A DNA stretch of 64,000 bases from Yuukianura sp. NJ FZ-2021 (Eukaryota), in assembly GCA_046563655.1 (NCBI GenBank), contig CM102290.1, positions 12,338,001 to 12,402,000 on the forward strand. The letters are read 5' to 3'. The position numbers were made by a program, and so were the translations under genes. Positions within the stretch are counted from its first letter, which is position 1, and each line of letters begins with the position of its first letter. The notes under the pieces are model-generated. The model was not told where the DNA came from, did not search any database, and saw nothing but the letters and a program-made list of their open reading frames with translations. This document shows, in pieces, positions 1-12,100 of this stretch.

Positions 1-963
1 AAAAAGTAGTAATAGTAAGGAAAAAAATAGGGCGCTGACAGCGTTTGAAATCAAAACAGCCTTGTCTTGCGTTGTTACCAACTCCATTACCCACGTTGAC
101 GTGCTCCATGTCAACTTGTAGCTCGATATTTTGAGTTTTTGACCCAGCTCCAAATACCTGGCGTACTCCTGCAGATACGACATTTTGGAAAAACTAGTGT
201 GTCAACCTCAAATTTATCCTCAATATGGATCGAAAGCTTTTATTTGAACTAGTTATTTATGTAAGCTTTTATTTGAGTTGCAAAATCCGTTCCAGAATTC
301 ATATCCGTTCCAAATGCCAAGTCAGTTCCAATTGTCAATTCAGGTCCAGAAATCAGTCCAACTCCAGGGGTCAATTCAGTTGAAGGGTTCAACTCTGAAG
401 AATGTAATGAGTAATAAAAGTTGCCAAAAAAAAATACCATATCATTTTGTTTCATACCATTTTGTTGAGTTTTCCGGTTTTTAATAAGTCCAGACGCATT
501 CCTCAGAGCCGCAAAACATCTTCCGCAAATACGGCGAGACTTCATGTCAACATAGTGCGGACGAGTGTTGGAAGCATTCCAGCGAGAACAGCCGCATTTA
601 CAGTCGCACTGCCACTTTCCCATTTTTCAACTTTAACGTTAAAACGCTGAACTAATTAGATTGCTGAATAAAACTATTGTAGAACTGAAACGTAATTAAT
701 GCTATGGAAAACTCTTAAACCAATTTAAATGAACAAATCGAAAGTATGATTGAAAATCTCGAGTATTCACAATGAACGGTAATACGAAATCTTTGATTTC
801 AGTACAATAATTGAATAATTCATAATTGTTCTTATTTATTTCAACATAAACATACAAAGCGACAACTGTTGCTAAGGCATTTCTTCAGGATTGTTAGAGA
901 AAGTTGAAGCTTTTTAGAAAAAAGTGCCAAAAATGAACGTTTCTATCGAGCAATTTCAAATGC

Positions 964-1058
964 AAGGACTCCTGACAGCATCACGAAATTTTGGCCCTTA
1001 CTTGGTGAGCCTATGATTAATCAACTGTGAAAATTTTGTTATGCTGTCAGTAGTCCTT
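964..1058. repeat. Short inverted repeat, possibly a MITE remnant (~28-bp arms)
   Basis: AAGGACTCCTGACAGCATCACGAAATTT (from 964) pairs with AAATTTTGTTATGCTGTCAGTAGTCCTT (ending 1058) with 3 mismatches. No convincing TSD. Confidence 0.55.
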
Positions 1059-1639
1059 CTCCAGATTTTTATGGGCCCAATTTACCCCAATAATCGAAAA
1101 CGTCCTTTATTTGAAATTTCGGAACACATCCTAATGTTTCCGTATCTCATATAATCTCTCCCACATTCATATCCACAACTTTTGTATTTTGGTATGGTTA
1201 GTTCCTTGCTCTTCTTTACTTTTTATTTATTATTTACGAGACTCATCATCACAACCAGATCAAATCTTCGTGGTCTTCTTCCTTCCTCATTTTTTGGTTT
1301 AGAAAAAAATGCACGACTTTTGCGGTGGTTGTGTGGGGTAAACTACACCTATTAAGAGATTGACGTTTTTGTACTAATTTTGAGTCAATTACCTTGATGC
1401 ATTGTAATTTACAATTTGGAACAAGGGAGGAAGAGCTGTGCAAAAACTTAACAACGTTCCAACAAGAGAAAAACGGAATTCCCAAACTGAACTGAATTTT
1501 AATTTGAAAACTTTGAAAAATATTTCCATTTTGCCAAATAGTAGGAGGACAGAAATGAAATTTAATTAATGAGTACAGTAATGTATTGAGGCAATGCCCT
1601 ACAAATGATTTACCATAACCAAAAATTTAGTATACGTTC

Positions 1640-1730
1640 AACATAACATGAACAACATTAACATAACAACATCACATTAACATAAAACATAATCAAGAAC
1701 AACATTACAAAAAAAGCATAACATAAATAT
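1640..1730. repeat. Degenerate AACAT-type low-complexity repeat
   Basis: The stretch reads acataacatgaacaacattaacataacaacatcacattaacataaaacataa. Confidence 0.5.
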
Positions 1731-2042
1731 TAGTTTAACACAAAATCATTTCATTCACAAATTAATGAACAGTTACATTTTGTCTAAAAAAAAATTACTA
1801 AAGCGAAGTTTTTTCGAAACACGCCAATGCTTCTGAAATGAATTTGTTTTCAAGTAGAATTCTTTCTGAAACAAGGTGTTTCTAGATTATAGAGTTTTTT
1901 TTCGAAACTTTTACTTTAGGAACAATTTTTTTCGAACCAATGGCATAAAATCCTAAACTATATTGCATTTGGTAGTTAAAATTCTGCTACTGCCATAATA
2001 ACTTCAAAAAAAAATTCTTTTTTTTTATTTTTTGGTTTTTAG

Positions 2043-5000
2043 GGCTGAGGAAATTGAAGAGCGTCTGATCAAGAACAAATCGCTGCTGAATGTTGTAGAG
2101 CCAACGATTGGAAATCACTGCTTGGACATTCTGTTGGGCATTCTGCAGCGTCGAATCGACTGCGACAAAGACGCTCTCTTCCACTTTACACAACTCCGCA
2201 AAGAACTTGGCGACATCAGTTCAGAAACACTCGTCGCACCGTTTCTCATGCGCTATTCAAGAGCATCCAAGAAGGTAAACAAATGACACTTTTATTAAAA
2301 ATCTACTCAATTGTTTTCCCGTAAAACTTAGGTTTGTATAAAAAATCTGCGTTTTTCATTGTTCTCAAAACACTCGATTGTCTGATTCTTTTGAAATCTG
2401 TTGTCCCTGAGGTATGTTTTGTAACAAATTGTAACTTTTTGGGACATGTCTGTCTCAAAAGTCCAACAACGGTACTTTCAAAATGGACATCTCATCCATC
2501 ACCACCGTGTGAATTCTTAACAAAACTGAAGGCGTCAACTTTAGGACAACATTGACGTTTGAATTTCCCGCAAGTTCTGCTTGGTCAGGTTTCCTTCTTC
2601 ATACTTTAGCATAGGACGGAGTGTCTGATGACTTAATCCCAATTTAATTATGTTATTTAATTATAACTTGGCGCAGACTTTCCTAGTTCTTAATCTCAGT
2701 TTAAGGTTAGGCCGTGCGTACGACGTTAATTTTCTCACAATCTATCTTAATTTTTGATTGATGAAAGTTCTTTGTGTTGAGAGAGAAACAGATCCGATTG
2801 TCCAAAGTCACCGAACCATCATCATCCTCCGTTTGCATAGAAATTGAATCTCCATCTTCCCACTGTTAAGTTTTTTTAGTCTTTGAAATGATGAAGGTGC
2901 ACAAATTTCTTTGACGTTTGTAAACAATTTCCAAGGATAGAATTGGAAACGGCGGATTTTGAAGTCAAGGTTTCCCCACTGCGTCCAAATTCCACGGTGC
3001 TAAACACCGTGTTTTGCATTGGGAATGGACACAAGGGGTGCTGTTTGGACGAAGTTTCCCTGTAGAGGACTATGTAACAGGAACATGGATTAAAAAGTAG
3101 TGATGAAGTAGGTCAGGAACGCGGGATTAGGCGACACTTTGGTGAGTCTTAGCATGGACACGCCCAATCGCACAAGATGAGATGCACATGAGCACAGTCA
3201 TCTTGGATCTAGAATCTTCCGAGATTTTAATCTTAATCCTACTCATCTTCTGCTTAAAACAACAAAGGCATGTGCACATGTCTATTCACTTGAGGTTTTT
3301 CAAACGGAGTCGTTTCAGGATTATTCCAACTAAAAAACGCCCAAGTTCGATAGATTTTCATTGCAAGTTAACAGTTTCAAAGAAATTTTTTGTCCACTTT
3401 CCATAATTTGTGTTATTCGTAGTCGAAGATTGCAAAAAAAAATAGCGATTTGGAGGTTGCAGTTAGTATCTAAGAAAATAATTCAATTACAATCAAAAAC
3501 TTTTTGATGAAATGAATTGTTAAATTTCATTTTTTTTATTTACATTTCAACATTTTTGTTGCAACATTTCTGGAATTGGCAAAACTTGAAAAAAAAGAGA
3601 GCAAAATTTGAACTTCGACCTCATTTTTAACCAAATTCGAAATAGATTTTAACCAAAAAATTCATTTTCTTATTGTCATGTTTTTTGTGAACGTAGGTCC
3701 TTGATCTAATGAAGGAGGTGGCAGAAGAGGGCGACGAGCGACTCAGTTGCCATGAAGATGACTCCAGTGACCTCTCCGGGTATCATTCAGACTCCGATTC
3801 CGCCATCATGACCTCTGGCAACTCTCCCTTCATCTCTCCAAGGGCCAGATTCAACTTCCTCAGTCGTTCAGGTAAGTTCGTGACAAAGGTTCGGTTTTTG
3901 CCGACTTCCGACTTTTAGATTAAGGTGGTTACCTAACATGTACAGTTTCTGCTTTAGTCAAAAACCGGAAAAGAAGAATACCGGCAGTTGTCGTGCGTAT
4001 GTATTTGAAAAGTTCATTCTACAATAATTGTAAATTGGCCGTACTCCCCTCTTTGTTTCGGTGGGAGTGAAACTGTAAAACGAGTTATTGGAAGATTAGT
4101 TTCAAAGTCAAGGATACGAAGTCGTAAATAAAAGTGAAAATTAAGGTGGGGAATTAATTGGGGGGAAGGGGGCGGGGAATAAGACATGAAACAGGAATGG
4201 AAATAATCAGGCAAACAACAATCCAGCATCACCACAACCAAAACTTCCCTTTCCCAAGAAGGCAATAATCATCAGCCCAAAAGTTCACACGCTTCCACGA
4301 GTGTCTTGACCCCGCTCACAACGCTTCCGCCTTTTCAAAACACGCCAAAAACAAATTACTCCTCAAAATATTTTCGAATTTTTGTTCAAAATTCAAAAAA
4401 AAGAAGTCTCTCAACAATTACTGTTTTCTAACTGAAAAAAAATGTAACTCAGCATCAGGCTATACCGCGATACTTCCGATTTTTGAACCAAAAAATGTTG
4501 AAAATAGATGATCTGACCTGCGTATTTGTATCGAACCAAACAGATTGCATTGGAAATTGAAAAATATAAAAAATTTTGGTTTTTTGAAATTTGCAGTTCG
4601 GTGTAAGACGATGATGCGACCGTCGTTGACGCTTGGTTCGTCTTGTGGCTCTTCCGGTTTTGGAAGCGCTGACTATTCAAGACCATCGTCTGGATCCACT
4701 TCCAGCCCAAGCGATTTCAGCCACTCAACGTCCAATCCCACACGCCCTCGCACCGTCAAGCATCGCAATCACCTCCACAAAAACAATTCGCTGGGTAAAT
4801 CTTACTTTTCTTTCTATTTTAGTATTTCTATCTCAGCATAGTACGCCTCTACGCAGTGCGCATTATACACATGCGGTTTCTCTTTAGCTTGATTCAAAAT
4901 TTTGAAAAACGATCATAGCAGTTTAACAAAGTGAGAAAGAGAAAGCACCCAATGCTACTAACGTAAGTTTCTGCAGGAGGTGCGAACTAATTAAGTGGCT

Positions 5001-7973
5001 ATTGTTCACACCTTCAGGCACCTCCATTCACCCCAATGTAAACATATTGAATTTTTAAAATTTGAACCGCAGGGAGTACCTTCTGGTGTGAATTTTATTC
5101 AATTGGCGGCTCCGTCAAAAGCATCAACATCACCTTCCTTACAAACAAAAATTTAACTTTCTGTTACCTCCGTTCATATTGTTCGAAATGCCTCAAATGA
5201 AATTTTGAAAAAAGTGAAAGTTAGGTTCGTGATGAAAATGTTATTTTCAGAGTCAAAAATTTTTTTCGCACTAGGACAATGCATTAGAAGATCTTAAAAA
5301 TGATCCACAGTGAAAATTGAAACTGTGCGTGCTTCCTTACATTGAAACAGACACGTTTCAAAAAAGGATTCTCAAATTTTGAAAGTTTTCAATCATAAAT
5401 AGCGTAACTCGTAATTTTGAAATTTCAAGATTTCTATAATGCCCAAATGACTTTCAACTTTTTAGTGTAACCCAGTCAATGCCGGACGTGAGTTTTGTGT
5501 TGAATGAATTTAGACTTCCTGTTCTTGATACTAAATTACAATTATCAAACCCAAAATTAACTTAATTGTAAATTAAAATTGTACCTGCACCGCCTCCAAT
5601 TTTACAAAATGGAGCTGTGCACATGCGCATTGGCCTGATGAATATTTCACATCAGGCTCTGTGGCATACGGCCTATGGCCAAAATTTCTCTTGGTGAATA
5701 ACGTAACTTCGGATTGGGAATTTCGCAAAATGAATAAACAATAATAACAATTTTGAAGGGAGTAACTGTAGTATAGAATTGATTCTGGACATGCGCAAAG
5801 GGAGGGGAAAAGGCATTGATCGAACAAGAAAATTGGTCAGACAGACAACATGATGTTTTGTGAAAATTGTTTTTTTGAAACACGATTTCCGTGATTCAAT
5901 ACTAAGTGCATCTCATAATCCTTGAAACTCAAATTTACCGTTTTATGATGCGATAACTTGACTGAAGTGAAAAGGAAAGTAAATGGAGATAAATTATTTC
6001 AAATCAATCTTCAGTTTCATTTAAGAAAAAACTTACGACAAAAAAAAAACTGTTTCATTGTTATCTCGTTTTCACTCTTTCCGTTTTTTCAAAAAATCGG
6101 AAGTGGAATCACAGATTTTTTATTTAAAAAAAGTGAATTTTTTTGAGAAACCTCAACAATTTTAAAAATGGGAAAAATATTTGGCTAGTAATGCGTCTAA
6201 AATTTGTAAAAGTGTGTGCAATATTTTTTTCATGTGTATCTAAAATTTTGGAGTGTTTCGAAATAATTTTGTCCCAATTAATTTTTTTTTACATTGTGGT
6301 TTTTGCAGTGTCCAATTCTTCCGGTGAAAGTGAATCCAGTGGCGAACGGAGTTTGCGCAGTAGTGATGAGTTTCCATCGCTGATCCAAGGTGGACTGGAA
6401 TACGTTACGGTAGTTACCGTTCCAGAAAATCAAGTGATTTCGCAAGGGCCCAATTGGAAATCACCTACAGAATCCAAGCAGAGTCAAATCACTGACAATC
6501 GGATCACAGAACTCAAGAATGAAATTAATCAGTTGAAACAAAGTCTTCTAAGTGCCAATGTTCGAATTCAACAGTTTCAGGAAAAGGAAAAACGGTATTC
6601 CAAGTTTTAAACCAACATAAAAATACTAAATATTATATAATTTTTTTTTCAGAATTTGATTTTTGAACTTTCTAATCAAGTTCAGTTGCGTCTTTTAGGT
6701 TAGATGAATCGTCGTTTCTGAAATTGAAGGGGATGGAAGACAGAAGGGCTGTCTGTATTCGCCAGTACGGAGCTCTCTATGCGCAGGTAACGTGTGCAAT
6801 GAGTCCAATTGCGCAACAGCATATTAACCTCAATTGGCTAAAAGTAGAAACTAATTTTGCCAAAAATATATTAACACAAAATTATACTCCAATTTCAGAC
6901 TCGTGTTGAGACAATGGATGCGTTGGATTCCATTCCGGAGCTCAGTTCTGCCGATGAACTGAAATCCAAACTGTTGTTTTCGGTGGTGGTGGTACGAGGG
7001 TGTAAACATTTTTCCAAATTTTTGTTTTTCAGTTTGAAGTGTTTCAACTTTTTGTTTTTGTTTTTTTACAGCTTTCGTTTCGTTCAGTGGAGTCCAGTGT
7101 TGGTGAAGTTTTAAGGCGTGTAGAAGCAATGTTGGAAATGGAAAACGGATCGGAGCATCGTGGCAGACGATACCTCGGCAAAACGACAATGTCGCCGCCT
7201 GTTTGTGTCCAGGAAGAGACTAGGGAGGGTCAACGGAAAGTACTGGAAGCTGTTGGTGAATACTTGGGCAGTACTTGCCCCAAGGCTCATGTGTCCAAAG
7301 CAATCGAGGTTTGTGTCTAAGTTTGTGTCTTTGTGTCTAATTCCTGGAATTTTCCACTTTTCACAATCATTTTAAAAATTTCAATTTCTTTTTCTTCAAA
7401 AATTCTTGTTCACTTTTTACAGCAAGTCGCCACTCAGTTATGGAATACGCTGTATGACTACCCTTGTCTCAAAGCATGTCCAGGACTGCTCAAATACATT
7501 CGCGCATGCGTCACTCTCGCATGGAGTTTGTCAACTTTGGTAATACTTGACATTACAATGAAAATCCTCAAATTATTTTACCTTAGTTGACCTCAAGGTT
7601 ACTACAGCAACGAGATAGTTTTCCCTTTAACAAGTTAATAAGGCAATAAGGCCTGTTTTCGAAAAATCTTGAGTTAAACAATTTGGAAAAACTTTAAACA
7701 TTATAAAAAATTTCAAAACAAAACTCTAGTTATTGCCTAACCTGTTAAAGAAAACGTATTTCTTTGTTTACGCACCTTGGTTGGCCTAAACTAACATTCT
7801 ATTTGTTCTAGACACCTCCATGTCGGCTTGAATACGAAACGCGGGTATTCCGAAGGGAAATGCACGTTCGGTTCCACTCGGCTGACCCGACTAGTGACCA
7901 AATCAAGTCCTATCTCTGGCCTGTCCTTGTCCAGGGCTCAACGTCACTCCACAAGGGAATCGTCATCACCTAA
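2043..7973 (+). CDS. Multi-exon gene with a C-terminal mitochondria-eating protein (MIEAP/SPATA18-like) domain; start codon not located
   Basis: GT-AG exons at about 2043-2274, 3697-3871, 4597-4794, 6309-6593, 6699-6786, 6899-6990, 7071-7308, 7422-7539 and 7812-7973 join into one reading. The C-terminal part reads IRQYGALYAQ/TRVETMDALD...LKSKLLFSVVVLSF...LKYIRACVTLAWSL/TPPCRLEY...FRREMHVRFHSAD...IKSYLWPVL...KGIVIT*, a pattern I recall from MIEAP-domain proteins. A coiled-coil (RITELKNEINQLKQSL) precedes it. Confidence 0.65.
7594..7779. mobile_element. Non-autonomous hAT-like MITE, copy 1 (last intron of the MIEAP-domain gene)
   Basis: Termini CAAGG...CCTTG with ~50-bp imperfect TIRs. Flanks GTTGACCT and GTTGGCCT form a 7/8 TSD. 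Both ends are homologous to 8002-8237. Confidence 0.75.
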
Positions 7974-8001
7974 GAATCAAAATATACTTGGCAGTTTCAC
8001 C

Positions 8002-8237
8002 CAAGGTTCCTATAGCAACGAAATAGTTTTCCTTTAACAGGTTTGGCAATAAGTCCTGTTTACGAAAAATCCCGCCCCGAACAATTTTTTCCGCCAATCC
8101 CATTTGATTACATATAAATCATTGCCAGAGGAAGGCACGGCGAAGCAAGTTTTGCTAATTTTTTAACAAAATTTAAAAAGTTCTAGTTATTGCCTAACCT
8201 GTTGAAGAAAAAACTATTTTCTTGTTTACGAACCTTG
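8002..8237. mobile_element. Non-autonomous hAT-like MITE, copy 2 (just 3' of the MIEAP-domain stop)
   Basis: Termini CAAGGTTC...GAACCTTG with ~50-bp imperfect TIRs. Perfect 8-bp TSD GTTTCACC at 7994-8001 and 8238-8245. Confidence 0.85.
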
Positions 8238-8890
8238 GTTTCACCTCCATCCCGAAGTGTTCTTTACATTTCAATCATCATTCCCATATTTATTCGTTTC
8301 ATATAAGTTCTCTTCTTATTTTATACTTTGTACATAAATATAATAACTTTGTGTCCTATGACTTAAGAATAGTGTAACAACAATTTTTAACAGTACAGTA
8401 GAAGGATGCGTCGTACGTATGACTAGCGATGAATTATCGATTTAAGCCGAATGATTGCTGTAGTTAAATGTATTGCGTTTCCTGGTTAGAATTTTGGGTT
8501 TCACTAGTACATGCAGCGACAAGTTAAGTCTTTGAACTTACATAGGAATTTGAATGGCTTTTTCCGGAATTACAAACTTACGAGTCTAAATGTTCGAATT
8601 TATCTCAATTATCAAAATTAAGTCCGAGTTATTCAAGTAAATTGCAATTTGAGTTGCCATTGAATGTGAAGTTGCAGCGACCTAATGGCGCAAACTATCT
8701 TCTAAGTCACCGTAACACAGCACTGCTCAGCACCCACGATAAACCTCAGTAGCTCAAACAAAGACCAGCAGTGAACGGCATTGAGCCGAAAAGTCTCATC
8801 GCTCAGCCGAATTTGGAAGATGTTGGTTAGGAAGAACTCTGTTTAGCAAAGGCTGACGATTCGTCCAATCGCTGTTTCGCTGCTAACTAA

Positions 8891-11800
8891 TTACACCATG
8901 GAAAATACTTCTCTCAGTAGCGGTTCGACTTCACGGGGATTCACTTCCAGAAAGACTCGGAGATGTGTGGAGTTGAGGATTCGTAGCTCTGCAATTTTGC
9001 GTATGAGTAGCAGATATGTTGATCTAGCTTCACAACCGTTGAGCATGGACTCCAAGTATCGCTTGAGAAGGTAGTAGTACGAATCTTGTTCTAGCTTAAC
9101 CACGTCTTTGTGAATCACATTCGGTCGTTCAGCTGTGAATAGCGTAATGGCACAAAGCAGAATCATGATTCTCTCGTCGGTTCTCCACTCTGGCTTGAAA
9201 GACTTAACAAATCGTTGGTGCTCCTCGTACAAATTCCCTCGCGCTTCTTTCAATACCCCTAGTTTGATATTGTATCCATAACTATGAGGAATCTGTATTG
9301 AAGAGACAAAAAAAAAGGATGTCAAACTCAAAATTTCGAAGTTCCAACGGTAAACCTCATTGTGGTTTAGAAGCACTTACGTTCCATGAATCCCTGTCAG
9401 GATCATATGTGACAACTGTGAAAACAAAAACAAATAAAAATTTAGATTTCACAATTCATAATTTGTGCATAAAATGTCTAATTTCAAAACTATTTGATGG
9501 GGCAAAGTGAGATCCATTAACTCACCGCTTCGGAGAATCATCATTTCCGTGCAACTTCCTTTGAGCAACGCAATCTGATCCTCCTGGCACATATTTTTGA
9601 ACCCCGAAATCTTCTTGGACATTTTGATGAGTCGTCTAATCGCAATATCCGTCAAATTAATGACGTTGATTAGCGTCGGATCAGAGTGCTTCTGGAAACA
9701 ATCCAAACATAACATGAAGGTTATACTGTTTCAAGTGGAAATTGGGGCATACAGAATACAAGTGATGATGAAAAACACGTAACCTAACCTATTCCATCAT
9801 AGTATAGAAATTACCGAAAGTTTCAATGGCCCTTCTTGGTCAACAGGATCACCCAGTGCTTCACATGCCATAAGAAGTTCTTGCAATTTAGCTAGCTCGG
9901 CTCCATTCAATTCTTTGGTACTAAACGGCTCCTTGGATTTACACATCATTCCAAAGGAATTAAATTCGGCTCGTATAGCTACGCTGACTATGGAATCCAT
10001 CGTGTTGAGAGGAAGCGGAGAACTACTAGTTTCATCTTCTCCGGTCACAGCATCGTAAGCACTCGAACCGGCAGCATAGCTTTGGTGTCCCTTTAAATCT
10101 TGGCGCCCGTTCCCATCGCAACTGTTTGGGGATTCGTGATTCAGGTCTTGCTGTGAGTGTCCAAATCCCATACCTCCGTAGCCATGACTTCTTTCAAACT
10201 GGTTTCCGATTACTCCGGCAACATTGGATTCTAGAATACATCAAGCACTCAATTAGCAACTCAAGTCAACAAAAAGATTTCGCATATGATTACTTTATAA
10301 CTTGAGTTCTACAAAGTTCTAACCTGGAGGAGACTCAGATTCACCGGGACGAATCAGCGACGTCAACAATGGCGACTGGTAAGATTCATGTGGTGGCTGC
10401 AAATATTGCTGCGATGTTTTGGATTTGGATTGTTGACGCGGCTGTAGTTGTGCTACCAAATCTGTAATTCACAAAATTAGATACTCCTGTTAGTTTTAGT
10501 TACAGCATTTTACCATAAACCTAAGTTTTTAACACGTCCATTCATACGTTTACTACCAATTTTCAACACTGCAATATGTTCTTCGTATATGTTAGGAAAC
10601 ATTTAGTACAAGAAGAGTGGGGTAACATTGAGCTTCTATTATACAAAACACATTAGAAGTCTCACAATACCCCAATCTGTTCTCTTCTCATCGCAACTAG
10701 TAGCAATTCACTTTCGTGTACATAACATTATTGATCTAAAACAAAACGTTAAGATAACTACTCTATAACTCACAGTCAGTTTGAATAATGGTGCTTTTGG
10801 TCTGTTGACCTCCGGTATGTGCTTGATTAGGTGAAAGGTCAGCTGGAACTGAATGTGGAAGGATATATGCTGGTGAGACTATGTATGGCCGCTCAGTCTG
10901 CCCATTTCCATCATTCGTCCAATGGAACCCTTGGAATTCTGCAGGAATCAGTCGCGTATTCATTCCAGTAACGTTGCTCTGCTGCGGAAACGTGGAAGGC
11001 ATTATTGTTACTTGTCCAGCGTGATTAGAGCAGGATGGACTTGCAACAGACTGTGTGCCCAAGAATTGTGACATGGCCATAGGACTCATTGTGGTGTAAC
11101 CAAGGTCGGAGGAAGAATTAGAACTGGAATTGGAGCCAGGAGAGCACGTAACATCCGAACTTTGAACAGTTGAAATCTGATCATCAGAGGCGGAGTCAAA
11201 GGTCGTTGTGCTATCAGCTCCAGAGGCGGCATTTGCCAGTTGAACGAGTCCCAATGTTTGAAAGGCTTGTGGTTCATTAGTGAGTGGAGAGTGTCTAGTG
11301 GTATTAGCTACAGCGTCTGCCCGAGTTTCGGGAGAACCCAAGCACTGTGTTTTGACTGGAGGGGCTTCCTGAGTATCCGAACCTTGTCGTTTCACCTTGT
11401 TTTGTTCAATTTTACGCTTCTTTAGTTTCTTCTCTTCATCTGTCATAATCCACTCCTTCTTCATTCCAATCTCAAAACATTTCTTCAACCGACATTTTTG
11501 ACAGAAGCGACGCGTCACTGGATCGACTTTACAGTTGTCATTGAATGGACACACGAAACTCTACAAATCGGAACGGATCTGTACACAATTTTACTTGATT
11601 TTTTTTGCATGTACAGCATAAGTCATACCTTTTGCTTCAAAGCGTTACGACGGAAGAAAGCTTTGCACGACTCGCAGGTTACAGCATTGAAATTGTTCCC
11701 GAGCGCTTTGTCACCACATACGCCACAAATTTTTAAGTCTGGCTTCACATTTTTTGTGGAAGACCTACCAAATCAAGAAGGAAAAAATCAGTAGTTAATT

Positions 11801-12100
11801 TGCAATTACATACTTAATAATAACAAAAATCTGAGTAAGTGTCATACCCATCGCTTGCTTCGTCAACAGGAGAATCAACAGAAATCGGACTGTTGGATTG
11901 GCTGAGATTTGTGAAAGTAGTACCGTTCGGCCCATCTTCCAGAAGATCTTCCACTTCACCATGAAATAGGCGCTGGGGCGGTAAAAATGCAGTTCCAACT
12001 TCCATGTTAAACTTCGCTTGGCAAAACTCCGGCGAGAAAATGCTTCTTGCAACGTAGGTACTGGATATGTTAGTCGTTGGACTTCCTACTGGAGTATTCT
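8891..12100 (-). CDS. Hr96: Nuclear hormone receptor HR96 (NR1J; VDR/PXR/DAF-12-related); start codon uncertain
   Basis: DBD reads [29 protein letters not shown]...[35 protein letters not shown], with the CESCKA P-box of NR1J. LBD reads [45 protein letters not shown]...VEPLLREVF. Introns are GT-AG. Confidence 0.93.
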
